NCBI GenBank assembly: GCA_902801375.1
Contig: CADCIB010000012.1
Coordinates: 303-64,302 of the forward strand
DNA from: an uncultured Prevotellaceae bacterium
GTDB lineage: Bacteria; Bacteroidota; Bacteroidia; Bacteroidales; Bacteroidaceae
DNA length: 64,000 bases
Direction of reading: 5' to 3'
The translations under genes were made by a program, and so were the position numbers. Shown here in pieces: positions 43,541-53,100 of this stretch (its first letter is position 1; each line of letters begins with the position of its first letter). Below the pieces are notes generated by a model. The model ran no database searches and was not told the origin of the DNA. It saw only the letters and a program-made list of their open reading frames with translations.

Positions 43541-44788
43541 ATGAAGAAGAGTGTTTTGACAGTACTGATGCTGGCCGCCGCACTGGGTGTGCAGGCACAA
43601 GGCAACAATTCGGGTTTGGGCGACGAGCGAGACAACTATGAGTCGCTGGCCGAGCGTGTGCTGAATCTTGAGAAGAAGAATGATAAGTTCAACGTGTATT
43701 TCAACTATACGGCGGCAGCTCAGGCTTCCGACGAGAGTGACTCATGGAGAAGTCGGATAGCCGCCAAGGAGCTGCGCTTCGAGATTACCGGCCGGCTGAC
43801 CGACCGCATCTCCTACCGTTTCCGCCACCGTCTGAACAGGAGCAACGCGGCCATGAAGGCCGACAACTTCGCCAAGGCCACCGACATGATGTTTGTCAGC
43901 TACAAGCTCAACGACAAGGTGGAGCTGACAGGCGGCAAGGTGTGCCAGATGTGGGGTGGCTTTGAATACGACGAAAACCCGATGTACATCTATCAGTATA
44001 GCGACTTCGGCGAGTATATGGATATCTTCTTTGGTGGAGCACACGTCAGCTACAAGCCTGTGCCTACGCAGGAGTTTGTGCTGCAGGTGACGCATACCGA
44101 CAATGGCTCGATGGAGGATTATTACGGCTGTCAGCCTGTTGCCGTCGACATGGAGAAGTCGAAGACCAAGCTTTTGGAGGAGAGCCATAATCCCTTCACC
44201 TATATCTTCAACTGGAACGGCAACTTTGCCAACAACCTGATACAGACGCGCTGGGCGGCAGGCATTCAGACACAGGCCAGGGGGGAATACTCCAAGGTGG
44301 TGATGCTGGGCCAGCAACTCACGTTGCCCCGCCTGCAGTGCTATTTCGACTACATGGAACGCTGGGACGATGTCGACCGCTATGGCTTCGCTTCCAAGGA
44401 ATTGGATTGCAAGACACTAACATATTCTGTCAATACGATACATCCGTTATATTATGGTGATACAGAATCCCTTGGTTTCTACTTCAACGATTTCCACCTC
44501 CGCTCAATGGTGGCCAAGGCCCGCTGGACTATCACGCCGAAGTGGAAACTCATGCTCAAGGGCATGTATGAAGTGGCTGACGTGCGCAGCGTTGATGCTT
44601 TGAAGAACTACCGCACCGCCCTTGGCTACTTTGGTTCGTTGGAGTATTATCCTGTGCGTTCGCAAGATTTCCGCATCTATCTGGCTTACCTCGGCCGCCA
44701 CTACGACTACAGCCGCCGCTGCGGCCTTGCTGACCGCAGCACCAACCGCATCGAACTGGGCATGATGTATCGCATCAAGTGCTTCTGA
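43541..44788 (+). CDS. Putative outer-membrane porin (porin O/P-like architecture)
   Basis: Signal peptide. A short coiled coil (LAERVLNLEKKNDKF), then a beta-strand-rich body. It ends in ...RIELGMMYRIKCF with a terminal Phe, as in OM beta-barrels. Confidence 0.55.
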   Translation: MKKSVLTVLMLAAALGVQAQGNNSGLGDERDNYESLAERVLNLEKKNDKFNVYFNYTAAAQASDESDSWRSRIAAKELRFEITGRLTDRISYRFRHRLNRSNAAMKADNFAKATDMMFVSYKLNDKVELTGGKVCQMWGGFEYDENPMYIYQYSDFGEYMDIFFGGAHVSYKPVPTQEFVLQVTHTDNGSMEDYYGCQPVAVDMEKSKTKLLEESHNPFTYIFNWNGNFANNLIQTRWAAGIQTQARGEYSKVVMLGQQLTLPRLQCYFDYMERWDDVDRYGFASKELDCKTLTYSVNTIHPLYYGDTESLGFYFNDFHLRSMVAKARWTITPKWKLMLKGMYEVADVRSVDALKNYRTALGYFGSLEYYPVRSQDFRIYLAYLGRHYDYSRRCGLADRSTNRIELGMMYRIKCF

Positions 44789-44929
44789 TCCGTACAATCC
44801 CCTGTTTTTCTTAGGCATTGCCTAAATTGTGTGTACACAAAATATAGATGGAAGACTATTTAGAGGTGATTATATTCAAACAAATATGAGATTTACGGTA
44901 AAGTAAGGGCAATGATATGGCATTTGACC

Positions 44930-45215
44930 TTCAAGACCCCCTCTAACCCCTTTTTCAAGACCTCCCCTAACCCCTCCGAGCCTCACCCCCAGCCCCTCTC
45001 CAAGGGGAGAGGGTAGCTTGGGAGGGGAACAGATTTGTTTTGTTACCTCCTGTAGGAGGGGGACTGATTAGTTTCTGCGCTCAGTTCTAACTTCTCCTCC
45101 CCCTACAGGGGGAGTAAAGAGGGGGTCGCATACCTCCTGTAGGAGGGGAACAGATTTGTTTTGTTACCTCCTGTAGGAGGAGTGGGGGGAGGGCATACTC
45201 CTGCGACCCCTCTCG
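44930..45215. repeat. G/C-tract repeat cluster with a perfect 39-bp direct repeat
   Basis: ggaggggaacagatttgttttgttacctcctgtaggagg occurs at 45021-45059 and 45142-45180. The near-palindromic motif tacctcctgtaggagg occurs 3 times. A cccctctcc-aa-ggggagaggg hairpin lies at about 44988-45011. The cluster sits between convergent genes. Confidence 0.8.
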
Positions 45216-45229
45216 GGTCAACTTCTATG

Positions 45230-46870
45230 TTATTGTTTTGAGAAACGAATCCAGTCGGCATCCACCCATCCGCGGTTGCCCTTGAGGTTCGTTTCCTCTG
45301 ACACAAAGCCCAGCTTGGCACCAATCCATTTTCCCTCGCGTATGGCGAAGGCCTGTTGGGTTTCATGGAAGCGCTTCCCATCCAGACTGTAGGCAAACCG
45401 GCACTGTCCGTCGGCCACCTCCACGCGCATATATATAATAAGGTATAGCGCTGGCTGATAGTCTATGCGGTCGCGTTCAGAGGGTTCGAAGGTAGCTAAC
45501 GTTTGCACATCGTGCGGTTTGCCTTTGTCGGCATCCTTGGCCGTGAGCAGTTGCAAGAGGAAATGGTCGCCCTCGCGGCAAGCCACCAACGCTTGATAGT
45601 CGCGCCCCATCATCACCAATCCGCCGTATTGATGGTCGGCTTTGGCGGCAATGCGCATTCTGGCCGTAGCCGTAAAGTGCTCTGTAGGCAGTTTCTGTAG
45701 CAGGAGATTAGGCGCCGCCCAAAGGTTTTCTGCGCCCAGTCGGTAGTTGTACAGGCGCATCACACCGTTGGCCGTAGGCATGCCGAATGACTCTTGGTAG
45801 TCGGCTTGCCATTGCCACTGCTTGCCCAACACGGGATTGTCAAACTCATCATCCTCCACAGGATTCACAATCAGCCGGCTGTTGCTCTGAGGCTTGCGAT
45901 GCCGCATGACGGGTTCGCCGCAACCGTCGCCATCCGTGTCTTGGCCGATGACAGGCCATCCGTCTGGCCGCCAGGTCATGGGTTGCAGATGAACCACACG
46001 CCCTGGAGCCCCCTTGTCTTGGAAATGAAGGAACCAGTCTTCGCCAAAAGGCGTATGTACCCATGCGCCTTGATGCGGCCCGTTGATGGTTGTCGCCCCC
46101 TGGTGCATCACCTTCCGCCACTCGTAGGGGCCGAACGGCGAGCGCGACCGCATGGCCAGCTGCCACCCCGTGGCCACTCCGCCTGCCGGGCAGAATATCC
46201 AATACCATCCGTCGCGCTTGTAGAGCTTCGGCCCTTCTGTGGTGTGGTTCTCGTTTCCTCCGTCGAACACCATCACAGGAAGGCTGATGGCGCGTGTGCC
46301 GTCGGCACTCAGTTCGCGCAGCGTGAGCACAGAGTTGAATCCGCAACGTGAGGCCGCCCAGCCATTGGCCAGGTAGCAACGGCCGTCGTCGTCCCAGAGC
46401 GGCGTGGTGTCGATGATGCCCTTTCCCTCAACCACCAGCACAGGTGCTTCCCATCTGCCTGCGGGGTCTTGCGTCTTCACCATGAAGACGCCACGGTCGG
46501 GGTCGCCCCAATAGATGTAGAACCACCCGTCGTGATAGCGCAGGCAGGGAGCCCACACGCCATTGCCGTGTTCTGGACGCGTCGCCTCAGGGAACTGGCT
46601 GTTCAGCGCATGGCCGATGATCTGCCAGTTCACCAGGTCTTTCGAATGCAGGATGGGCAAGCCGGGCATACAGTTGAACGAGCTGGCCGTCAGATAATAA
46701 TCGTCGCCCACGCAAATGACGTCGGGGTCGCTGTAATCGGCGTCAATCACGGGGTTCACATACGTTCCGTCGCCCTGGTCGGGGCACCATACGTTGGAAC
46801 GGTATTGCGCCCACGTCGTGACTGCCGACAGAATGAGCGCAATAACCGTAATGATTCGTTTTCTTGTCAT
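45230..46870 (-). CDS. Glycoside hydrolase family 43 (beta-xylosidase / alpha-L-arabinofuranosidase-like)
   Basis: The N-terminus NPVIDADYSDPDVICVGDDYYLTASSF is typical of GH43 five-bladed propellers. There is a C-terminal lectin-like beta-sandwich and a signal peptide. Confidence 0.85.
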   Translation of the reverse strand: MTRKRIITVIALILSAVTTWAQYRSNVWCPDQGDGTYVNPVIDADYSDPDVICVGDDYYLTASSFNCMPGLPILHSKDLVNWQIIGHALNSQFPEATRPEHGNGVWAPCLRYHDGWFYIYWGDPDRGVFMVKTQDPAGRWEAPVLVVEGKGIIDTTPLWDDDGRCYLANGWAASRCGFNSVLTLRELSADGTRAISLPVMVFDGGNENHTTEGPKLYKRDGWYWIFCPAGGVATGWQLAMRSRSPFGPYEWRKVMHQGATTINGPHQGAWVHTPFGEDWFLHFQDKGAPGRVVHLQPMTWRPDGWPVIGQDTDGDGCGEPVMRHRKPQSNSRLIVNPVEDDEFDNPVLGKQWQWQADYQESFGMPTANGVMRLYNYRLGAENLWAAPNLLLQKLPTEHFTATARMRIAAKADHQYGGLVMMGRDYQALVACREGDHFLLQLLTAKDADKGKPHDVQTLATFEPSERDRIDYQPALYLIIYMRVEVADGQCRFAYSLDGKRFHETQQAFAIREGKWIGAKLGFVSEETNLKGNRGWVDADWIRFSKQ

Positions 46871-46873
46871 CGT

Positions 46874-48202
46874 TTAGTACTTCAGAATGAGGTACTCAAA
46901 AGGATTGAGCTTCAGGGTGCTTTCAAGCTTCACGCCCGCCTCTGCGGTCATGTTCTGGCTTTCGTGGCCAACCCATTCTTCTGGAATCTTTGCTTCGCAG
47001 GGCTTGTTGCGGACATTCACCAGGACGAGGAAACGCTCTTCCGTATCGGTCTTCTCAAACACCAGCACATCGTTGTCGGGCCATGCCTGCAGGGTGCCTT
47101 TACGCAGGGCGGGATGATCGTTGTAGAGCGCTATCAGCGCTTGATATTCCTTATAGATTTCAGGTTTTGCCGTCCAGTCGACGGGCACGAACTTGAAGAA
47201 GTTGATGGGTTCTGGGAATCCCACTTCCTGCGAGCCGTAGATGAGCGCTCCGCCATGGGGGAAGATGGTGGCCACGTAGGCAGCCATTGCCCCACGGTCG
47301 TTGGTGAACTGCACACACGGCTCAGTCTCTGTGGCGTGGTCGTGGTTGGTGGTGAAGCGCATCTTCACCTTTCCTGCGGGCAGGCTGTCGTATTCCGCCT
47401 TGTCGGCCTTAATGAGATTTTCTGCCGGCTCGCCATTGAACACCTTCACCAACATATCCTTATAATCCCATCCATAGTTCATGTCGAAGCCTCCGACGGT
47501 GAAATTGTCCTTGCGTTTTCCCTCGGCAAGCATCACGATACGGCGCTCTCCAGCGGCTGCGCGCAACTGGTCGATGGCATCTTTCCAGAAGTCGGCAGGC
47601 ACGCCGTCGGCCACGTCGCAACGGAAGCCGTCGATGCCCATGTCCACAATCCAGAACTTCATGGCATCGATCATGGCAGCCCGCATGTCGGCATTGTCGT
47701 AGTTGAGGTCGGCCACGTCATACCAGTCCGTGTGTGGAGGATAGATGATGGTGTCGGCCTTCTCGTCGTGGGTGTACCAATCGGGGTGCTCCTTCACCCA
47801 GGGATGATCCCAGGCGGTGTGGTTGGCCACCCAGTCGAGAATGATTCCCATGCCGTGCTGGTGGCAGACCTCGGCCAGATGCTTGAACTCGTCGAGCGTT
47901 CCAAACTCAGGCGCGATGGCCTTGTAGTCGCTGATGCAATAGGGCGAGTTCTTGGTCTTCTCCGTGCCGATGGGGAAGATGGGCATCACCCACATCATGT
48001 TCACTCCTAAGGCGCTGATGGAGTCGATGCGGGCGGCAACGGCATTCAGTGATTTCTCAGGTGCGAACACACGTGGGTTGACCTGATACATGGCAATGTC
48101 TTCCACAACGGGCATCTGGAATGCCTCTTCTTTCGGCTCCTGCGAGGGTTTGCAAGCCACAAGGGCTGCCAGGATGCTGATTGATAATAACAGTTTCTTC
48201 AT
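46874..48202 (-). CDS. GH13 alpha-amylase-family lipoprotein
   Basis: Conserved GH13 regions: ILDWVANH (I), GFRCDVAD (II), IVMLAEGK (III), FTTNHDH (IV). Lipobox LAALVAC. Confidence 0.85.
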   Translation of the reverse strand: MKKLLLSISILAALVACKPSQEPKEEAFQMPVVEDIAMYQVNPRVFAPEKSLNAVAARIDSISALGVNMMWVMPIFPIGTEKTKNSPYCISDYKAIAPEFGTLDEFKHLAEVCHQHGMGIILDWVANHTAWDHPWVKEHPDWYTHDEKADTIIYPPHTDWYDVADLNYDNADMRAAMIDAMKFWIVDMGIDGFRCDVADGVPADFWKDAIDQLRAAAGERRIVMLAEGKRKDNFTVGGFDMNYGWDYKDMLVKVFNGEPAENLIKADKAEYDSLPAGKVKMRFTTNHDHATETEPCVQFTNDRGAMAAYVATIFPHGGALIYGSQEVGFPEPINFFKFVPVDWTAKPEIYKEYQALIALYNDHPALRKGTLQAWPDNDVLVFEKTDTEERFLVLVNVRNKPCEAKIPEEWVGHESQNMTAEAGVKLESTLKLNPFEYLILKY

Positions 48203-48245
48203 AATGCTAAAGGATTGAGTTTTGAATCGTTTGTTTCAGATGTGG

Positions 48246-48253
48246 CAAAGGTA
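48246..48253 (-). promoter_or_regulatory. -7 promoter box (TAccTTTG on minus strand) for the GH13-GH43 operon
   Basis: CAAAGGTA lies 44 nt upstream of the start at 48202. Confidence 0.5.
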
Positions 48254-48366
48254 CGAAGATTCTATGAGACCGCCAAACGATTCATTCTTTTTTTAACTTA
48301 TGCAATCCATAATGGGATTCTCGTTAATAAAGCAAAACAAAAAACAGGTATTTGGAAATTAATTCG

Positions 48367-48374
48367 TAACTTTG
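48367..48374 (+). promoter_or_regulatory. -7 promoter box TAacTTTG for xylB-xylA
   Basis: 25 nt upstream of ATG 48399. Confidence 0.5.
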
Positions 48375-48398
48375 CACGTCTTAATATGCAAACTAACT

Positions 48399-49895
48399 AT
48401 GGAAGGAAAATATCTGTTGGGACTCGACGTAGGTAGCAGTTCCGTGAAAGCATCCATCGTCGACGCCCAGACGGGCGAGTGTGTGGCTTCAGCGCAATAT
48501 CCGGAAAAGGAGGCTCCCATCATGGCCGTCAAGGCCGGATGGGCTGAACAGCAGCCAGAAGACTGGTGGACGTATGCCAAGCAAGCCGTGAAGAAGTGTT
48601 TCCTCGCTCCCCACTCCTCACTCTCCGCTCTTCGAGAATCAGACATTAGTGCCATCGGCATCTCCTATCAGATGCACGGACTGGTGTGTGTGGACAAGAA
48701 TCAGCAGGTGTTGCGCCCCAGCATCATCTGGTGCGACTCGCGGGCTGTTCCCTATGGCGAGCAAGCGTTCCGCGAACTGGGCGAGGAGCAGTGCCTGAGC
48801 CACTTGCTCAATTCTCCTGGCAATTTCACGGCATCGAAACTGGCATGGGTGAAGGACAACGAGCCTGCGTTGTTTGAGAAGATTGACAAGATTATGTTGC
48901 CTGGCGACTACATCGCCATGCGACTGACCGGCGACGTGCGCACCACGGTGAGCGGACTGTCAGAGGGAATGCTCTGGGACTTCCGAGAGAACCGTCCCGC
49001 CCGCTTCCTGATGGACTATTTCGGCTTCCCAGAATCCATCCTACCCGAGATTGTGCCTACGTTCGGCATACAGGGGGCTGTCAACAAGAAAGCTGCTGCA
49101 GAACTGGGCTTGCAGGAAGGCACGCCCGTCTGCTATCGTGCTGGCGACCAACCCAACAACGCCCTTTCGCTGAATGTGTTCGAGCCTGGCGAAGTGGCCT
49201 CTACGGCAGGCACCTCAGGTGTCGTCTACGGAGTTTTGGGCGAGGTGAACTACGACCCGAAGTCGCGTGTCAACACTTTCGCGCATGTGAATCACCTCTC
49301 ACCACAAGACAGACTGGGTGTGCTCCTCTGCATCAATGGCACGGGCATCCTCAACGCCTGGATGCATCGCAATGTGGCAGCCGACCTCAGCTATGCAGAA
49401 ATGAATGAGTTGGCCGCGACAGTACCCATCGGCAGCGAGGGCGTGAGCGTCATCCCCTTCGGCAATGGGGCTGAGCGCGTGTTGGAGAATCGCGAGGTGG
49501 GCTGTTCCGTGCATGGGCTGAACTTCAACAAGCATTCGCGGGTGCATCTGTTGCGAGCCGCACAAGAGGGCATCGTGTTCTCCTTCTGCTACGGCATGGA
49601 GGTGATGCAGGCAATGGGTATGGACATCCGTACCATCCATGCCGGGCAGGCCAACATGTTCCTCAGCGACATCTTCCGCCAGACACTGGCCACCACCAGC
49701 GGGGCTACCATCCACCTGATGGAGACCGACGGTGCTGCTGGAGCCGCCAAGGGCGCGGGCATGGGACTCGGCATTTATCGTGATCACAACGAGGCTTTTG
49801 CCTCCCTTCGGAAGCTGGCCACCATCGAGCCGGACTCCTCCCTTCGCGAGGAATGCCGAGAAGCCTATGAGCGGTGGAAGAAATTGCTCGATTAA
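48399..49895 (+). CDS. xylB: Xylulokinase (FGGY carbohydrate kinase)
   Basis: YLLGLDVGSSSVKASIVD is an FGGY N-terminal motif. The protein is full-length FGGY kinase and sits directly upstream of xylose isomerase. Start at ATG 48399; the ORF track begins at a TTG at 48372 inside the promoter. Confidence 0.85.
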   Translation: MEGKYLLGLDVGSSSVKASIVDAQTGECVASAQYPEKEAPIMAVKAGWAEQQPEDWWTYAKQAVKKCFLAPHSSLSALRESDISAIGISYQMHGLVCVDKNQQVLRPSIIWCDSRAVPYGEQAFRELGEEQCLSHLLNSPGNFTASKLAWVKDNEPALFEKIDKIMLPGDYIAMRLTGDVRTTVSGLSEGMLWDFRENRPARFLMDYFGFPESILPEIVPTFGIQGAVNKKAAAELGLQEGTPVCYRAGDQPNNALSLNVFEPGEVASTAGTSGVVYGVLGEVNYDPKSRVNTFAHVNHLSPQDRLGVLLCINGTGILNAWMHRNVAADLSYAEMNELAATVPIGSEGVSVIPFGNGAERVLENREVGCSVHGLNFNKHSRVHLLRAAQEGIVFSFCYGMEVMQAMGMDIRTIHAGQANMFLSDIFRQTLATTSGATIHLMETDGAAGAAKGAGMGLGIYRDHNEAFASLRKLATIEPDSSLREECREAYERWKKLLD

Positions 49896-49929
49896 GGAAG
49901 AATATAACAACCTAATTTAATATAGAAAT

Positions 49930-51249
49930 ATGGCAAAAGAGTTTTTTCCGTTTACTGGAGTGATTCCCTTCGAGGGAACAGAGAGCAGAAACCCGATGGC
50001 CTTCCACTACTATGAGGCTGAGCGGGAAGTGATGGGCAAAAAAATGAAGGACTGGATGAAATACGCCATGGCTTGGTGGCACACCCTGGGTCAGGCCAGC
50101 GGCGACCAGTTCGGCGGACAGACCCGCTCCTACGAGTGGGACAAGGCCGACTGTCCCGTTCAGCGCGCCAAGGACAAGATGGACGCAGGCTTTGAGTTCA
50201 TGCACAAGCTGGGCATCCATTATTTCTGCTTCCACGATGTGGACCTCATCGAAGAGGGTGCCACCGTCGAAGAGTATGAGGAGCGCATGAAAGCCATCAC
50301 CGACTACGCCCTGGAGAAGATGAAGGAGTATCCCGACATCCATCTGCTGTGGGGTACGGCCAATGTGTTCGGCCATAAGCGCTACATGAACGGCGCCGCC
50401 ACAAATCCTGACTTCGACGTGGTGGCCCGCGCTGTGGTGCAGATCAAGAACGCCATCGACGCCACCATCAAGCTGGGTGGCACCAGCTATGTGTTCTGGG
50501 GAGGCCGCGAGGGCTACATGTCGCTGCTCAACACCGATCAGAAGCGCGAGAAGGAACACCTGGCACAGGTGCTGACCGCTGCTCGCGACTATGCCCGCAA
50601 GCAAGGTTTCAAGGGCACGTTCCTCATCGAGCCAAAGCCGATGGAACCCACCAAGCACCAGTACGACGTAGACACAGAGACGGTCATCGGATTCCTTCGT
50701 GCACATGGTCTGGACAAGGACTTCAAGGTGAACATCGAGGTGAACCACGCCACGCTGGCTGGCCACACCTTCGAGCACGAGTTGGCCGTGGCCGTTGACA
50801 ACGGCATGCTGGGCAGCATCGATGCCAACCGCGGCGATGCACAGAACGGATGGGACACCGACCAGTTCCCCATCGACAACTACGAGCTGACGCAGGCCAT
50901 GCTGCAGATTATCCGCAATGGCGGTTTCAAGGATGGTGGCACGAACTTCGATGCCAAGCTGCGTCGCAACTCCACCGACTTGGAAGACCTCTTCATCGCC
51001 CACATCAGTGGTATGGATGCCATGGCCCGTGCCTTGCTCAATGCAGCTGCCATCATCGAGGACGGTGAGCTCTGCCGCCGCCTGAAGGAGCGCTATGCTT
51101 CGTTCGACGAAGGTAAGGGTCGCGAGTTTGAAGAGGGCAAGCTCTCGCTCGAAGACATCTACGCCTATGGCCGTCAGGTGGGTGAACCTCGCCAGACTTC
51201 TGGCAAGCAGGAACTCCTGGAGACTATCGTCGCTTGGTTTGCCAAGTGA
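49930..51249 (+). CDS. xylA: Xylose isomerase
   Basis: 439 aa with FCFHD, VFWGGREG and LIEPKPMEP signature blocks of class II XylA. Confidence 0.95.
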   Translation: MAKEFFPFTGVIPFEGTESRNPMAFHYYEAEREVMGKKMKDWMKYAMAWWHTLGQASGDQFGGQTRSYEWDKADCPVQRAKDKMDAGFEFMHKLGIHYFCFHDVDLIEEGATVEEYEERMKAITDYALEKMKEYPDIHLLWGTANVFGHKRYMNGAATNPDFDVVARAVVQIKNAIDATIKLGGTSYVFWGGREGYMSLLNTDQKREKEHLAQVLTAARDYARKQGFKGTFLIEPKPMEPTKHQYDVDTETVIGFLRAHGLDKDFKVNIEVNHATLAGHTFEHELAVAVDNGMLGSIDANRGDAQNGWDTDQFPIDNYELTQAMLQIIRNGGFKDGGTNFDAKLRRNSTDLEDLFIAHISGMDAMARALLNAAAIIEDGELCRRLKERYASFDEGKGREFEEGKLSLEDIYAYGRQVGEPRQTSGKQELLETIVAWFAK

Positions 51250-51467
51250 GAAAGGCCGGACTTCCCCATATTGAGGCGATTATTAGTCTTAATTAGTGTG
51301 AGATTGAATGCCCCTGTCACAGGCTGTCCTGCGGCAGGAGCATTCTTATTGAAAAACTCATTACATCTCCTCATCTTTAATGATGTTCCATAGCGTTTGA
51401 ATCGTTAAATAAACGAAAGTTTTTGCAGTTTTATATGCTTTTATTTTTCTACAATTCATGATTTTGT

Positions 51468-51475
51468 TACTTTTG
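51468..51475 (+). promoter_or_regulatory. -7 promoter box TActTTTG
   Basis: 14 nt upstream of ATG 51489, so the leader would be short. Confidence 0.45.
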
Positions 51476-51488
51476 CAGAAAAATAAAT

Positions 51489-52943
51489 ATGAGTTTTATG
51501 AGCAATTTGGTAGGAAGACAACAGGAACAGCAGGAGTTGAGAGATCTCTACGTGAGTGGAAGGGCAGAGTTCGTAGCTGTGTATGGTCGGCGCCGTGTAG
51601 GAAAGACCTATTTGATAGACGAGACGCTGGGTAGTCATCTTTCTTTCAGACATGCAGGACTCTCGCCGATTGATGACGATGGGAAACGCAGTATGCTAAA
51701 AGACCAGCTAAGACATTTCTATCATTCATTATTGTCGCAAGGTATGAAGAAATGCAAGTGTCCTACATCGTGGCTGGAAGCTTTCTTTATGCTTGAGATG
51801 CACCTTCAATCCATTGATGATGGCAAACGACAAGTGGTATTTCTTGACGAGCTGCCCTGGATGGATACGCCACGCTCCGGATTCGTGACAGCCTTGGAAG
51901 GATTTTGGAACGGATGGGCTTGCCATCGCCACAATTTCATGCTGGTAGTTTGTGGCAGTGCTACATCATGGATTTTGGACAATCTGATAAACAATCACGG
52001 TGGTCTTTATGGTCGTGTAACTTATGAGATGAAGCTCTCTCCGTTCACACTAAAAGAGTGTGAGGCGTATTTTCGGAGTCGCAACATAAAGATGTCGCGT
52101 TATGATATTGTGCAGAGCTATATGATACTTGGGGGGATTCCCTATTATCTCAGTTACTTTCAGAAAGGCATGAGTCTGGCCCAAAACATAGACAGACTGT
52201 TTTTTGCCACTGGTGCCAAATTGCGTGATGAATACGACAGACTGTTTTCAGCAGTTTTTAGTAATCCTGATGACATGAAAAAGATTGTAGGATTACTGAG
52301 CACCAAGCATGCTGGATTTACCCGTCAGGAGATTTTGAAGAAAACGGGTATTGACGATAGTGGGTCGGCTACCAAAATGTTGAAGGCTCTTGAAGCAAGT
52401 GACTTTATACTGAAGTATGTCCCCTTTGGGGCAGGTAAACGCAACGTAGCTTACAAACTGTCAGATTCATTCTGCCTGTTTTTTCTATACTGGGTTGTTG
52501 GTCGCGACAAGATGAATCCTGATTTCTGGATGCTCAGCCAGCAATCGCAGTCGGTAACCAGTTGGCGAGGCATTTCTTTCGAGGAGGTGTGTTTGGTTCA
52601 TATCCAGCAGATAAAGGCTGCTCTTGGCATTGCGGGTGTCAGTTCCACCCAATCGGCTTGGGCTTTGCGAGGCGATGATGAAAAAGAAGGCGTACAAATA
52701 GACCTGCTCATCAGTCGCAAGGACAACGTTGTGAATATGTGCGAAATGAAATTCTGCGGTGATGAATACAAAGTAAGCAAAGCGTACGAACGGAAACTGG
52801 CACATCGCCAAATAGTGCTCTCAGAGATGGTCAATCGCCGTACGGTTATTCATCCTGTTCTTGTGACCACTTACGGTCTTTCCTACAATGAATATAGTGG
52901 AAGTTTTGTGCATACGGTAGTGATGGATGATTTGTTTAAGTAA
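51489..52943 (+). CDS. Orphan AAA-type ATPase with C-terminal PD-(D/E)xK-like (DUF234-type) domain
   Basis: Walker A VYGRRRVGKT and Walker B VVFLDELPW. C-terminal IDLLIS...NMCEMKF gives a D...ExK nuclease-fold motif. The gene is visibly lower in G+C than its flanks. Confidence 0.7.
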   Translation: MSFMSNLVGRQQEQQELRDLYVSGRAEFVAVYGRRRVGKTYLIDETLGSHLSFRHAGLSPIDDDGKRSMLKDQLRHFYHSLLSQGMKKCKCPTSWLEAFFMLEMHLQSIDDGKRQVVFLDELPWMDTPRSGFVTALEGFWNGWACHRHNFMLVVCGSATSWILDNLINNHGGLYGRVTYEMKLSPFTLKECEAYFRSRNIKMSRYDIVQSYMILGGIPYYLSYFQKGMSLAQNIDRLFFATGAKLRDEYDRLFSAVFSNPDDMKKIVGLLSTKHAGFTRQEILKKTGIDDSGSATKMLKALEASDFILKYVPFGAGKRNVAYKLSDSFCLFFLYWVVGRDKMNPDFWMLSQQSQSVTSWRGISFEEVCLVHIQQIKAALGIAGVSSTQSAWALRGDDEKEGVQIDLLISRKDNVVNMCEMKFCGDEYKVSKAYERKLAHRQIVLSEMVNRRTVIHPVLVTTYGLSYNEYSGSFVHTVVMDDLFK

Positions 52944-53000
52944 GCAGCGAAGGTGTACACACTTTGTTTTTATTGCTCAAAAATTTTTTTTTCAATAACA

Positions 53001-53070
53001 GTCGAGGGTGTGTCAAAATGCCAAATGCTATCCGCGTGTAGGGACGCATTTACCATTTTGACATACCCTC
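53001..53070. repeat. Dispersed hairpin element, copy 2
   Basis: gagggtgtgtcaaaatg (53004-20) pairs with cattttgacataccctc (53054-70): a 17-bp stem with 1 mismatch. The reverse complement aligns to 32493-32550. Confidence 0.6.
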
Positions 53071-53100
53071 TATGAGGGGGTGCCAACCACGGTACGGCTA

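Noticed and set aside
46469-48010. 513-aa plus-strand ORF, and others opposite enzymes (49912..51003, 53290..54120, 58337..59116, 59345..60091, 45794..46351).
   Set aside because: The opposite strands encode unmistakable GH43, GH13, XylA, AmpG-like and DRGH nuclease proteins, so these are shadow ORFs.
46874-51249. GH13 amylase co-transcribed with GH43 and divergent from xylB-xylA, as a possible unusual PUL.
   Set aside because: No SusC/SusD pair or hybrid two-component regulator is in the window. The genes are ordinary carbohydrate-catabolism genes with clear family signatures, so the arrangement is unremarkable.
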